Notes: generated by a model from the letters alone, not told the origin. Positions 31,614 through 45,900 are shown, numbered from the whole stretch's first letter. The stretch is DNA of 63,241 nt, filler included, from Stramenopiles sp. TOSAG23-6 (GCA_900128565.1; 4 parts of 4 records of this genome joined end to end with filler, not necessarily neighbours in it); one strand, 5' to 3'. A program made the numbers and translations.

Positions 31614-31668
31614 GTGTATTTTGGAAAAATATTTCAAAAAAAAATTCGTTAGGTACAAAATTTCGTAC
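31614..31668 (-). mobile_element. Family intron I18 (3' part), inferred end ...AC
   Basis: GTACGAAATTTTGTACCTAAC...CCAAAATACAC|cgggttc (TGF motif); 5' end lost at contig end. Confidence 0.85.
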
Positions 31669-31768
31669 NNNNNNNNNNNNNNNNNNNNNNNNNNNNNNNN
31701 NNNNNNNNNNNNTTAATTAATTAANNNNNNNNNNNNNNNNNNNNNNNNNNNNNNNNNNNNNNNNNNNN
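31669..31768. other. Artificial contig linker
   Basis: N44-TTAATTAATTAA-N44. Confidence 0.97.
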
Positions 31769-31820
31769 TACGAAATTTTGTACCTAACAAATTTCGAATT
31801 TAATTTTTTTTACAATATAT
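31769..31820 (+). mobile_element. Family intron I19 (3' part), ends ...AT
   Basis: TACGAAATTTTGTACCTAAC...TTTACAATATAT|gtggata. Confidence 0.82.
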
Positions 31821-34800
31821 GTGGATAAGTCGGAATAATATTTGTTTTGATACCGAAAACCCACACTTTTTTGCTGCGCGTGTAGCTGCCGCTCTTCGTG
31901 GTCGCTCGGAATTTGAACAACAAGTTGCATATGGAGTTTATATCGATGAAATGCCAACAGGGGGGGGGTTACCTAATCTTGCAACACATTGGATGGATCG
32001 TATTATTGACGTTGCATGTAACACGAAATTATTACGGGGAAAGCAGGAGAAATTGAATGTTGGGGTTCTGACTGTAATGGCCAATAATGAATATCAACGA
32101 CACATGAATAAGATTATTTTTGACTTGTATATGAAAAGTAATATGAAAATATTTTCGCCTCTAGGGGTAAGACTTCCGTCCACACTGAATGTTCACAAGA
32201 TTCCTCAAAATGGAACTCTTCCTCTTGAGCTCGCAAGAGATAATGGTGGTTTCGTGGATAATGAAGCTCCAACATATAATCAAAACAAATCATTGTTTAC
32301 AAATGTTTGTATTTATACCAGCACTGAAAGTGCATTCAAAACATTGGAGCTAGTTGCGGCNGAAAACACGAAATTAGATAGTCAATTAGCCTACACCATT
32401 TCTGAAAGTGATAGCCCGCCTTGTAGACTTCAGAACTTCATTGCCGTACAAACTAGCCAAATGAAAGAAATCTATAACTATATGGATGGTGATTGGGTTG
32501 CAGCAGTTAAGGATCATATTTTGACTAACATGAAAGATGAGGGGCGTGAATTTAATCTTAAAGAATCCAATCGGGAAAAGTATGTATTGACTCAACTATC
32601 TCGATTTTTACGACTTGTAAACTATACAATGTCAGATTCACTGAGATACTTTGTACTAAACTCAATCGAAGCATACAAGAATATGATACTTTCTGCGGGT
32701 GGAGGAACAGAATATATTGAATTTGTTAATGAAGTAGTTCCAAACTCAGAAGATGTTTCTTCTCTTGAAGTAGCTGCGGATGATGAAGCCAAAGAGGAGC
32801 CTGCAGATAATCCTGCAAAAATAAAACCTGAGCATGAAGATTCTGCATCAACCGACAAGCCTGATGAACTAAGTTCACCTCTGTTTATACTTGATGTTGC
32901 CATCGCAGAAGTTGAGACTGTAAAAAAGAAAAGTTCTAAAAATTCCAAAAAGGCCAAAAAGGACAAAAAGGACAAAAAGAGTGGTATGGATAAGAAAAAA
33001 AGTACCAAAAAGAAAGATGTAAAAGACGAAGAGACAGTTATACCTAAAGAACCTACAGTGAAGCGTAAGAATTTTGTGTTCCAAACAAGCCCCGAAGATA
33101 TTCACAAAACAGTTGTTGAACTGATGGAAACTACTATAACCACTCTTGGAGGTATTCCTATTGTCGAACGCAAAGTGATGAATAGACTCTATTGGAAAAC
33201 AAAACCTTCAATCGCAAGCTGTACACTTAAGGACGATGCTGTCAAAAACACCACTAATGAGATTAATGAACACTTTCAGGCATGTATCGGACCGGTCAAC
33301 AAATATCTATCTAAAACATTCAAAAAGTATGTCAAGTTTATTCGAAGTGACATTGATACTCTTCTCGATGCCCTAGAAAAAAAGTATGATGGTTCGGAGG
33401 GCGGTGATCCGGAAGAAAATATGCTTGCTATGGTGGAAGAAGTCACTAAAAAGGTGAAGAAACACAGCAAAGAAATCAAATCAATTGCGACTAATATTCC
33501 TGACGCAATTCGAATTAATATCTTTGAAATATCGTGCCTCCATATTAAAAATGTATTGATTCATAAACATCAGAACTTCAAACGGCGCTTATTAAACGTT
33601 CTGGCTGAAAGTAATAACAAAGCATGTCAAGCCCTAAACGAGCGATTTGAAGTAATAATGGAACATTTTCGTCTACCAGTAGATAAAATAGAACAGCTGG
33701 ATGAAATGGAGGAATATATCAAAGGATGTCCTGATCTTGTCAATGAAATTAATCTTAAGGCGAAACGCATTCATGAGAAGTTTGGTCTTCTTGATGAAAT
33801 GAAATTTCAGTTGGCAGATGATGATTTCATCAACAAATGGACACTTTATGGCTATCCTCACTACATATACGAAAAAATGAAATCATTGAAGAAAAGTAAT
33901 GCAATAAAGATGGAAGAATATTCCGAATCCTTGAAAGATGAACAACAACTCTTCGATGAAGAACTTCTGAAATTAGATAAAGAAGTACAAGATCTCCAAA
34001 AATATAATGAGTTATCTAAACTGAAAGAAGTTGTACCTATATGTACGAGTATAAGAAAGCGGCTTGAAAGCATGAAGCTTCAAACTCAGCTCTTCAACTC
34101 GCGTGAATCCCTTTTTGGATCAGATATTACAGAATATTCTGCTTTAAATGGTATTGCAAAAGCTTTCCTTCCTTTTGAAAACTTATGGATGACGTGTTCT
34201 CGTTGGCAAGAAGGACAAAAGAGTTGGTTCAAAGATCAGCTTTTAACTTTGAATCCGGAACAGATTGAAAAGGATGTTGCTGAATTCACCAGAAAACTGA
34301 ATAAATCAGCCAAAGCGATGAAAAAATCTGGTTTGAGTAAAATTGCTGATGTAGCAAAATCTACAATGAAAGAAGTAAAACAATTTTCACACCTCGTGCC
34401 TCTTGTTATGTCTGTTGTGACCCCAGGTATGCGCGATCGTCACTGGGAAGCAATGGCAACGAAACTGTCAATTGATATTGATCAATATTCTCGAGATTTC
34501 ACACTTGAAAAACTGCAAAATATGGGAGTGCCTGAGCATTTGGAAGAAGTCACTAAAATTGGTGAAATTGCTAATAAAGAGTATCAAATTGAAAAAGCAA
34601 TGGAAATGATGCGCGATCAATGGAAACCCATCGTACTAGTTGTGGAACCATACAGAGAAACTGGTACAAGTATATTTAAAGAAGCTGATGTTATAATTGC
34701 ACTTCTTGATGAACACATTACAATGACCCAAGCAATGTCATTTTCCTCTTTTAACAAACCATTTAAAGAAGATATTGAAGCCTGGGATAAAACTCTTTCA

Positions 34801-37800
34801 ACCGTATCGGAAGTAGTCGAAGAATGGTTAGCAGTACAGCGTAATTGGTTGTATTTGCAACCCATTTTTGATAGCGATGATATCAAAAGACAATTGCCTA
34901 GTGAAAGTAAGCGGTTCTTCACTGTTGATAAAAACTGGCGCCAGACTATGAAAGATGCGTCAAAGAATGCTTTGGCTATTGAGTTCTGTGACAGTGAAAA
35001 ATTATACGAACGATTTCGCGAAAGCAATAATTATCTTGATATGGTACAGAAAGGTTTGAGTGATTATTTAGAAACAAAGCGAGCAGCATTCTCTCGTTTT
35101 TATTTCCTTTCAAATGATGAATTGCTTGAAATTCTTTCTGAGACGAAGGATCCAACAAAAGTACAACCCCACCTTAAAAAATGCTTTGAGGCCATTGTCA
35201 GTGTTAATTTCAATAAGCAATCTGAAATTACATGTATGCGTTCCAGGGAGAAAGAACAGGTCCAATTTGTTACTAACGTAAAAACTAAAGATATCCCTGT
35301 AGAATCGTGGATGAATGACTTACAACAAGCAATGTGTGATGCAGTTAAATCTAATTTTTACGCTGCGGTACAAGATTATCTTGTGGTCCCAAGAACAGAA
35401 TGGATGCAAAAATGGCCAGGTCAACTTGTACTTAATTGTAGTCAAGTTCATTGGACAAAAGAAATGGAGGCTGCAATGGAAGCTAAAGGCGCAGAAGGTG
35501 TCAAGGAATACTACCAAAAACAGCTTCAACAATTGAATGATATGGTTGCGCTAGTGAGAAGTCCAAACCTTGCTAAACTTGCGCGATCATCTGTTGGCGC
35601 TCTTTCGGTAATTGATGTACATGCAAGAGATGTTTCAGTTGAGATGATCAAGATAGGAGTTAAAGATAAAAAGGCATTTCTTTGGATGTCTCAAATTCGA
35701 TATTACTGGATCAGAGATACTGACGAGAATGGCGAAGATTTGAACCCTGGAGTGGAAGATTGGACCACAGGAAAAGCATTTGGTATAATGGTTACATCAA
35801 AACGACGATATTCTTGCGAATACCTTGGTAACTCCTTTCGGCTTGTGATAACACCTCTGACAGATAAATGTTACCTCACACTTATGGGTGCTTTGGAGAT
35901 GATTCTTGGTGGATCTCCCGCCGGGCCTGCTGGGACAGGTAAGACAGAAACCGTTAAGGACTTAGCCAAGGGATTAGCTAAGCAATGCGTCGTATTTAAT
36001 TGTTCCGATGGAATGGACTACAAAATGACTGGTAAATTCTTTAAAGGATTAGCTTCATGTGGTGCTTGGTGTTGTTTCGATGAGTTCAATCGTATTCTAA
36101 TTGAGGTACTCTCCGTTATTGCACAGCAAATTATGACACTCCAGGCTGGTGTGTTGCAGGGAAAGCACCGAGTTCTATTCGAAGGAACTGATATCGCTCT
36201 GAGCTGGGAATTTGCTGTGTTTATTACAATGAATCCCGGATATGCTGGACGCACTGAACTGCCTGATAACCTTGCTGCCTTATTCCGGCCAGTCGCTATG
36301 ATGGTTCCAGATTATGCCATGATTGGCGAGATTATGCTCTTTGCATACGGATTCGGCAGTGCCCGTAAATGTGCACAGAAGATGGTTGCCACATTTACCC
36401 TGTGCTCCGAACAGTGTTCGAATCAACCACATTATGATTATGGTATGAGAGCTGTTAAAACAGTTATTGTCGCATCTGGTAACTTGAAACGTGAAGAGCC
36501 CGACCTAGATGAAGAAATGCTGATGCTTCGCGGTCTTATTGACGTGAATGTTCCTAAATTTCTCAGTCACGATTTACCATTATTTGAAGGTATCATGGGA
36601 GATTTATTTCCTGGTAAAACTAAGCAATATATAGATTACGGGGCGTTATTATCGTGTATGAAGATAAAATGTAAAAGGCGACAATTGATGCCAACCCCTT
36701 GGTTTATTGAAAAGGTTATTCAATTGTATGAAATGATATGTGTAAGACACGGACTGATGGTTGTAGGTCCTACGAATGGTGGTAAGAGTAGTTGTATCCG
36801 TGTTCTTCAAGAGACTTTAACTATGCTCAAAGATGAAGGAGTTGAAGGAAATCGCTTTGAAACTGTATGGGTGAAATATATCAATCCCAAATCTATTACT
36901 ATGGGTCAATTATATGGTTGTTTTGATCCAAATACACACGAATGGCAAGATGGTGTCCTTGCGAATATGATTCGGCTTTGTGTCCAACAAGCTGACTCAT
37001 CCCTCAAGTGGGTGCTCTTTGATGGCCCAGTAGATACACTATGGATAGAATCAATGAATACTGTATTGGATGATAATAAAAAGTTGTGCCTTAATTCGGG
37101 CGAAATGGTTGCTCTGTCGTCTGAAATGACAATGATGTTTGAACCTGCTGATTTGGCTGTAGCATCACCTGCTACAGTAAGCCGATGTGGTATGATTTAT
37201 ATGCAGCCACATTCGCTTGGTTATAGTCCTATTACTGATTGTTGGTTAGAAAATATCCCAGCGTGCTTCTCTAACGAAATGAAAATAAAATTGATGATTC
37301 TCATGGATGTACTGCTTCAACATACAATGACATTTTTGCGCCGCAATCTCAAGGAATGCGTCCCTACAGTAAACCATCAACTACAGTGGTCGTTACACAA
37401 ATTGTTGGATTGCTTCTTTGCTAGTTTCATAGTTAAAGATGGTGAAGAACCCATAAAACCAGAGGTAATTGCCAATTTTGAGAAGAATATTGAGCAAGTC
37501 TTTGCATATGCTTTCACATGGAGTGTCTGCGTTACAGTCAACCTTGAAGGACGTAAAAAGTTAGATTCTTTCATTCGCAATACTTTAGATTCAAATAACA
37601 TATGTCAGACACCTAACATTCCAAATGAAGGCATGATTTACGACTATTGGTTTGATATAGAAACTACGAAATGGATTTATTTTCAAAAGTTGGCCCCAGA
37701 ATATGTATTTGACGGGTCACTTGGCTTCAACGAACTTGTTGTGCCCACGATGGATACGGCTAGATACACAAAAGTACTTGATATGCTTTTAATTAATAAT

Positions 37801-40800
37801 CATCACGTCATGATGTGTGGGCCTACAGGTACAGGAAAGACAGTAAATATTTCTAAACACCTTCAATCTGGCATGGACAAAATGTACATCCCTTTATGTT
37901 TCACTTTTTCTGCACAAACTTCAGCCAATCAAACACAAGACATTATCGATGGTAAATGTGACAAACGGAGAAAAGGTGTATTTGGACCAATGGCAGGCAA
38001 AAGATATTTAATTTTTGTAGATGATTGTAATATGCCACAACGAGAGATATATGGTGCGCAGCCGCCAATCGAATTACTTCGACAGTGGCTTTGTGGCCAA
38101 GGGTGGTACGATAGAAAGACTTTAAAGTGGCGCCAAATTATTGATTCTACTCTTATTTTAGCATGTGGTCCGCCCGGGGGTGGTAAAAACCCCGTAACAC
38201 CACGATTCAAGCGCCATTTTAATTGTATTGCATATACCCAATTAGAAAATTCAGTAATGTATACAATTTTCAAGTCAATATTTGAAGGATTTTTGGCTAA
38301 TTTCGAGCCAGAAGTTCAAAAAATGTGCGAATCTATAGTATGGTCGTCAATAGAAATTTACAACACCACTGTTAGTGATCTTCTGCCGACCCCTATAAAG
38401 CCCCATTATACGTTTAATACTCGCGATCTTGCCAAGGTATTCCAAGGCCTTTTGATGGCTACTAATCGCAAAATAACTTCCTCAATACAAATAGCTCGAA
38501 TGTGGGTACATGAAATTTGTCGTGTATTCGCAGATCGTTTAGTTAATGACGAAGATGAAGGTTGGTTCAAAAATTTAGTCTTTCAAAGGTTAGAAAATCA
38601 ACTCCAATTAGATAAGAGTGAAGTGCTACCTAACGATTTACTCCTCTATGGTGATTTTATGATTCCTGGGGCAGATCCCCGAATATATGCAGAAGTAGTT
38701 AAAGTAGATGAAGTTCTGCCAATTGTTAATGAATATCTTGCTGATTATAATGCGGAATCCAAAAATGCGATGAATTTAGTATTATTCACCGATGCCATTC
38801 GACATGTCAGTCGAATATCTCGTATTATTAGACAACCTCTTGGAAATGTATTATTGCTTGGTGTTGGTGGTTCAGGGAGGCAATCCCTTACTAGACTTGC
38901 AACTTTTATGGCTGAGTATGAGTGCTTTCAAGTAGAAATTGCGAAAGGGTATGGTTTACCAGAGTGGAGGGAAGATCTTAAACAATGCTTGCTCAAAGCA
39001 GGTGTTGATAACAAACCTGTTGTATTCCTCTTTGTCGATACACAAATAGTATTTGAAGGAATGCTTGAAGACATTAATAATATTTTGAATTCTGGTGATG
39101 TTCCAAACTTATATGGACCTGAGGAGATGGAACAAATTAATAATACTTGCCGTATTGATTGTCAAAAGAAGCGCATCCCACCAACAAAAATCAACATTTA
39201 TGCCCAATATATTATTAGAGTTCGTCGAAATATTCATATGGTTATTGCAATGTCTCCAATGGGTGAACCTTTTCGTCGCCGGCTTCGTATGTTTCCTTCA
39301 TTTGTAAATTGTTGTACGATTGATTGGTTCGCAGAATGGCCAAACGAAGCATTGTTATCGGTTGCTACTAATTCAATGAATATGACTGATATGGAACTAG
39401 GAGATTCTTTTGATAAAGTCGTAGACTTCTTCAAAACGATTCATCAGACCGTAGCTAACTCATCGAAAGATTTTCTTACCGAATTAGGACGACATAATTA
39501 TGTCACCCCAACATCATATTTGGAATTGCTTGATACATATAAAAAGATTATCAAGATCAAACGAATAGAAGTTGGAGATTTACGTGATAAACTTCAAAAT
39601 GGTCTCAATAAACTAATTTCTACAGGGGAAGCTGTCAATGATCTGCAAACAAAGCTTGAAAAAATGCAACCCGAGCTTGCTGCAACCCAAATTGAAGTAG
39701 ACGCCATGATTGTCACAATTAAAGCAGATACAGTTGAAGCCGATAAAACAAAAGCGATAGTGCAAGAAGCAGAAGCAGAAGCAAATATTCAAGCAGCTGA
39801 AGCCAAAGCAATTGCTGATGATGCTCAAAGAGATCTCGATGAAGCCTTACCTGCACTTGAAGAAGCAGTTGCGTGTCTGAAACTTTTGAAGAAAGCGGAC
39901 ATTGACGAGGTCAAGTCGCTGAAAACACCACCTTCGGGTGTAAAATTAACAATGGAGGTTTGTTGTGTTATGTTTTCGGTTAAGCCTGTTTTAGAAAAAG
40001 ACCCAAACAAGATGGGAGCCAAGATAAAAAATTATTTCGCCGCTTCAAAAACCAAATTGTTGTCTGATGCAAAAGCGTTTTTGGCAAGACTCACAGAATT
40101 TGACAAAGATAATATGGAGGATGCCTTGGCAACAAAATTGAAAGTCTACGTTGATGATCCAAACTTTACACCAAAAATGATTGAGAAGGCATCGAAGGCC
40201 TGTAAAGCTGTTTGTATGTGGGCTCGAGCTATGTATAAATACCACACAGTAGCAAAAGAGGTTGAACCCAAGCGTATTCTACTTGCCAGTGCACAAGAAT
40301 CGCTAGCTATTACAATGAAGAAGTTGAAGTCTGCGCAAGATCAGCTTAGTGTTGTAACTGCAAAATTAGATAAACTTGATGCACAACTTCAAGAGTCATT
40401 AACAAAGAAGGATAACCTCGCCCGCGAAGTCAAGCTATGTGCAGATCGATTAGTACGTGCTGATGTTTTGATAGGCGGCCTCGGCGGAGAAAAAATTCGA
40501 TGGGCAAAATCTGTTGATACGTTAACTCTTGCATATGATCGCCTGATTGGGGATGTACTTATTGCATCTGGAACAGTGGCTTATTTGGGACCTTTTACAC
40601 CTGGATTTAGAAAGAGAATTGTAGATATTTGGAATAACAAATTACTTTCAACCGCAGAAGTTCTTCCATTCACAGACGGATGCAATATGACTTCAGTGCT
40701 CGCTGAACCTATTCAGGTACAAGCTTGGAAGATTTTGGGTCTACCAACAGATGGTCACTCTTTAGAGAATGCAATTGTTATGGATATAGCTCGCCGCTGG

Positions 40801-43800
40801 CCTTTGCTCATTGATCCTCAGTCACAAGCAAATCGATTTATTCGTAACATGGGTCGTGATAAATCACTTGCAGAAGGTGGAATGGATATTACAAAGTTAA
40901 CCGATCCAAACTTTTTAAGAACATTAGAAAACGGAGTTCGATTTGGAAAGTGGATTCTTCTTGAAAATATATTGGAGAAACTTGACGCTTCAATGGAACC
41001 ACTACTTCAACAGCAATTGTTCAAGCAAGGGGGAACTCTAATGATTCGACTAGGTGACTCCACTATACCATGGAACGACACGTTCAAGTTCTTCATGACT
41101 ACGAAACTTCCAAATCCTCATTATCCACCAGAGGTATGTGTAAAAGTAACGTTGCTTAACTTTACAATTACTCCTGGAGGATTAGAAGATCAGTTACTAG
41201 GTGTCGTAATTGCTAAGGAGAGACCAGATTTAGAAGCTCAAAAGAGTGAACTCGTCATTAGCAATGCTGGAATGAAGAAAACTCTTAAAGGTATAGAAGA
41301 TCAAATTCTTCAATTGTTGAAAGATTCATCGGGAAATATCCTTGATGACGTGGCCTTAATTGAAGCACTTGATGTTGCGAAGAAAACATCAAATGAAATT
41401 AATACAGCTCTAAAGGAAGCTGAACAAATTGAGGCAACAATTGATTCTACCCGTGAAGAGTACAGACCTGCTGCATTTAGAGGATCTTTATTGTATTTCT
41501 GCATTTCACTCCTTGCAGATGTTGATCCAATGTATCAGTACTCCCTTCAATGGTTCACTGCACTATTTACTCAGGGTATTGAAGAGGCAGAACAAAATGA
41601 TGATGTGAGTCAACGCGTGAAAAATTTGATTGAATTTATTACGTACAAGCTATATGAAAATATCTGTCGGTCTCTTTTCGAAGCACATAAACTTTTATTT
41701 TCATTTATGATGGCTATTAAAATACTCATAGGTGCAGGTACAATTGACATGACACAATGGAAATTTCTAATTTCGGGTATCGGGCCTTCTGTTGTTGAAT
41801 CACCTAATCCTGCCCCAGAATGGATCATTGGGAGAGCTTGGAATGAGGTTCAAGCTATTAGCAGCATTAGTATATTTGAGGGTTTGTATAAGTCATTTAC
41901 CACAGATCTTCCAGCTTGGAGAAAAATTTACGATTCAGCTACTCCTCAGACGGAACCATTACCAGGTAAATGGAATGATTTGAATTCACTTCAGAAATTA
42001 TGTGTATTAAGAATTTTACGTCCTGATAAAGTTACCGAAGCGGTACAACTTTATGTAATTGAACATTTGGAGCAACGGTTTGTTGAGCCCCCGCCATTCA
42101 ATCTCAACGCTTGCTTCAACACATCAAAAAATAATATACCATTAATTTTTGTTTTAACAACTGGATCCGATCCTACTAAGATGTTTTATGAATACGCAGA
42201 GGAAATGGGTTTTGGTGAAAAAGTTAAAGGAATTTCACTTGGCCAAGGACAAGATGTCGTTGCTGAGAAAATGATTGATGAAGGTGTAAAAGAAGGCACT
42301 TGGGTGTATCTTCAAAATGCCCATCTTTACATTTCCTGGATGAGTACATTGGAACAGATTTGCGAAGAGATTGATCCTGAAGAGTGCCACCAAGATTATC
42401 GTTTATGGCTAACTTCGATGCCGTCGAAAGACTTCCCAGTATCTGTCCTCCAAAATGGCGTTAAAATGACATTGGAGCCTCCAAAAGGTTTAAAGGCAAA
42501 TTTAAAGAATGCATACTTCAAACTTGATGACGAAAAACTTCAGATAACTACGAAACCATTTGCATATCAGAAATTATTATTTGCTTTGTGCTTTTTTCAT
42601 GCCAATGTCCAAGAACGACGGAAGTTTGGTCCTCTGGGTTGGAATAAGCCTTATGATTTCAATGACACCGATCTTGCCATTTCTAAAGCACAGCTTGAGA
42701 AGTTTATAGATACATACGATGAAGTACCCTTCAAAGTACTAAATATTATGACATCATACATTAATTATGGTGGTCGAGTGACAGACTACATTGATCTTCG
42801 CACGATTGACGTTATCCTTCGTCGTTTATTTACGGAAGAAATTTTAGGAGATGATTATTCTTTCTCACCTTCAGGTCTCTATTACTCGGTGCAAGTTGAC
42901 AAGGAACATCCACATGATGTATATATGGATTACATTGACAAGTTGCCTTTAAATCCAGCCCCAGAGGCCTTCGGTATGCATGAAAACGCAAACATTATTT
43001 GCGCTGAAACGGAGACTACTGCAATGTTTTCGACTATTTTGTCGCTAGAAGCTCGTTCATCCGGCGGTGATGGCAAAAGCAGGGAAGACATTCTCGATGA
43101 GACAGCGGATACTATATTTACCAAAATACCTGAAGTATTTGAGGTGCAAGCGATAGCCATGATTTATCCTTTGGCATATAATGAATCAATGAACACAGTA
43201 CTTGTGCAAGAATGTATGCGATATAATCCAGTTGTAGATCTTATTAAAACTCAACTTCCACAATTACGTAAAGCCCTTAAAGGATTAGTTGTAATGTCAG
43301 TCGAATTAGAAAATGTTTGTACGGCCCTTTTTACACAGAAAGTTCCGGATACTTGGGCTAATCTTGCTTTTCCTTCTTTGAAACCATTAAATTCATGGGT
43401 CGACGAATTGGCTGAGCGTCTCGCATTTTTGCAGAAGTGGGCGGATGAAGGTATACCTCCATGTTTTTGGATATCAGGTTTTTATTTCCCACAAGCTTTT
43501 CTTACTGGTACAAAACAGAATTATGCGAGAAAATATACATTACCAATTGACACGTTAGAATTTGATTTCATTGTACTTGATGACAAGAAACCATCGGATT
43601 TTACGGAAAAAGCTGAGGATGGTTGTCGCATTTATGGATTATATCTCGAAGGTTGCAGATGGAATTACGATAAACATACTCTTGACGATTCCCTCCCAAA
43701 ACAGTTGTATACAGAGACACCACTTATATATCTCCTGCCTCATAAGGATAGAGAAGAGCCCGATGGTGGGATTTATCGATGTCCTGTTTACAAAGAACTA

Positions 43801-43962
43801 AGTCGCGCAGGTATTCTTAGCACAACGGGCCACTCTACTAATTTTGTATTATGGCTTGAATTACCAGGTGGACGGGAGGATATAAAAAATAACTTGGGCA
43901 TGAATGATCAGGAGTATTGGATCAAAGCTGGAGTCGCTGCTTTTACAGCACTTCGTTATTGA
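31821..43962 (+). CDS. DNAH1: Axonemal inner-arm dynein heavy chain, DNAH1-like, 5'-truncated; one 12.1-kb exon
   Basis: P-loops GPAGTGKT, GPTNGGKS, GPTGTGKT, GVGGSGRQS; RFYFLSNDELLEIL; N-terminal WISRNNICFDTENPHFFAARV resembles the DNAH1 clade (ortholog call less certain than family call). Confidence 0.93.
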
Positions 43963-44031
43963 TAAAAACAAAATATCAAACCAAATAAAATAATAATGTA
44001 GTATAGTTTTTTTTGCAATAATATAAATATT

Positions 44032-45519
44032 TTATCGCAAATTCAATCTCTCCGGTAATAAGAAATATTCAAATGACTGATCATATAGCGACACCCCAAA
44101 ATGAAGAATATCCCCATCCTTTGTTCGCACCAAGCTTTGTCTATTCCCTGCACATACTTCAACAATATGAATACCTTTTAATGCAACTATTTGCTTAGGC
44201 AGGGTTTGAATATCACATATACCGTGTCCCAACTCACCACAACTACCATCTCCCCATGAGTATACAATACCATCTGCAGCCACCGCAAAACTATGTGATG
44301 AACCAGCTGAAATTTGAACTATATTTTTGAGATAATTTAAGTTTACTTTTTTAGGAACAAACTGAAACTCAAAGTCCCCATGTCCAAGATTCCCTTTTTC
44401 TCCGTCTCCCCACGTGTACAATGTACCATCTCCGGTAAGTGCCATGCTGTGTGCGATACCTGCGGATATTTGAATAATATTTTCATTCCTCAAAGATTCT
44501 ATTACCACTGGCACATCTGTGTTCTGAACATAACCATGACCAAGTCTTCCGTCAAACCCATCTCCCCATGAAAACAATACACCGTCTGATGTAAGTGCCA
44601 TGCTGTGTCGAAACCCAGCTGCAATTTGCACGATATTTTGTTTACACAAAGCTTCAACAATCCTCGGGATATGTTGCTCATTACAGCTATCATATCCCAG
44701 AGCTCCAAAGACAGCAGAACCCCATGTATATACTTCACCTTTTGCAGTGAGAGCCATACTAAAGTGTTCCGAAGCTGCAATTTGAACCACTTGTTTCCCC
44801 CGCAATGCCACGATTTCTTTCGGTTGTTGTTCTGATAAACTATCGCCGTGTCCAAGCTGCCCACTGTATCCTTCCCCCCACGAGAAGACACGACCTTTTA
44901 ATGATAGGGCCATCGACGTTTGCCCTTGTATAGAAATTTGTACAAATTTATCTTCTTTGTCAAGATACACGCTGTTCGAGTATAAAAAATTAAGGGTAGT
45001 ATTTTCCCCGTGCTCAACTAAAAAATCTGTTTTGAAATCCCAAATACCATTTGCCGATAAAACAAAAGCCGAAGACAGGTATTCTTCATGGGAATCCAAG
45101 CTAATTCGTATTTTATTGTAATCTGTATGCGGTAATGCCAAGTGATTATGTTGCCGATATTTCATAATTGACATGTATTCAATATTGTCTAACCACTTAC
45201 TCCAACTTTCTAAGCTGCCGTTTCGTCTACTGCGTCGTTTTGGTTGCAATTCAACTGGGAGATACAACTTTGCCCGGATTTCACAAGCAATCTGAACATG
45301 TCCCTTATTCCATTTTGTTTCGCGACCTAGATGACGGATGCCGAAACTGAATGTTTTAGACGTGCAGCAGGTAATTGCGAGATCTTTTGATTCGAGGAAT
45401 GTGAGAGAGTGAATCAATACGTCACTCGGCAACGTCAAAAGATCTTTAGAAAAGTCATTATATCCCAAAATGTTAGGAGCATATTTCGACAATATTTTTA
45501 TAGTTTTTGGTAAATGCAT
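44032..45519 (-). CDS. F-box-like motif + RCC1-repeat protein (start uncertain)
   Basis: LLTLPSDVLIHSLTFLESKDL; repeated VFSWGxGxxGQLGHG / IVQIAAGxxHSMAL. Confidence 0.85.
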   Translation of the reverse strand: MHLPKTIKILSKYAPNILGYNDFSKDLLTLPSDVLIHSLTFLESKDLAITCCTSKTFSFGIRHLGRETKWNKGHVQIACEIRAKLYLPVELQPKRRSRRNGSLESWSKWLDNIEYMSIMKYRQHNHLALPHTDYNKIRISLDSHEEYLSSAFVLSANGIWDFKTDFLVEHGENTTLNFLYSNSVYLDKEDKFVQISIQGQTSMALSLKGRVFSWGEGYSGQLGHGDSLSEQQPKEIVALRGKQVVQIAASEHFSMALTAKGEVYTWGSAVFGALGYDSCNEQHIPRIVEALCKQNIVQIAAGFRHSMALTSDGVLFSWGDGFDGRLGHGYVQNTDVPVVIESLRNENIIQISAGIAHSMALTGDGTLYTWGDGEKGNLGHGDFEFQFVPKKVNLNYLKNIVQISAGSSHSFAVAADGIVYSWGDGSCGELGHGICDIQTLPKQIVALKGIHIVEVCAGNRQSLVRTKDGDILHFGVSLYDQSFEYFLLPERLNLR

Positions 45520-45703
45520 ATCTTTTATATTCTGGGTATCTCCAACGATAGTGATAACATGCACCCTCTCTATTTAGAAGGTTATAGCGCAAGTCTATTT
45601 ATAATAGTTATAAAGGAATATATATCTTCGAAATATTTTTACTCGCTCTGACATTCTTGATGTTTTTTCAAAAGATAATGATGTCATCGGGGGTATTATA
45701 AGC

Positions 45704-45740
45704 TTAGGTACAAATTTTTGGTACGGAAATAAAAATAACA
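45704..45740 (-). repeat. Degenerate relic of the introner core in intergenic DNA
   Basis: Minus strand TTATTTCCGTACCAAAAATTTGTACCTAAG versus core TTTTTCGTACGAAATTTTGTACCTAAC. Confidence 0.55.
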
Positions 45741-45900
45741 GCTCTTCTTTTGAGTCTGACTGATCAATCCATCAAGTCATCATCATCTTGTGTATATTTC
45801 TTCGTATTTGAAGTCTTTTTATATCTCCAGATGCAGATTATCCGCAAGGTCAATTCACTCGACGAAACTCAAAGTACCTCTTATTGGATCATTCTTTAGA

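Noticed and set aside
31614-31820. Apparent inverted repeat of the element across the second linker
   Set aside because: These are two independent copies at the ends of unlinked contigs.
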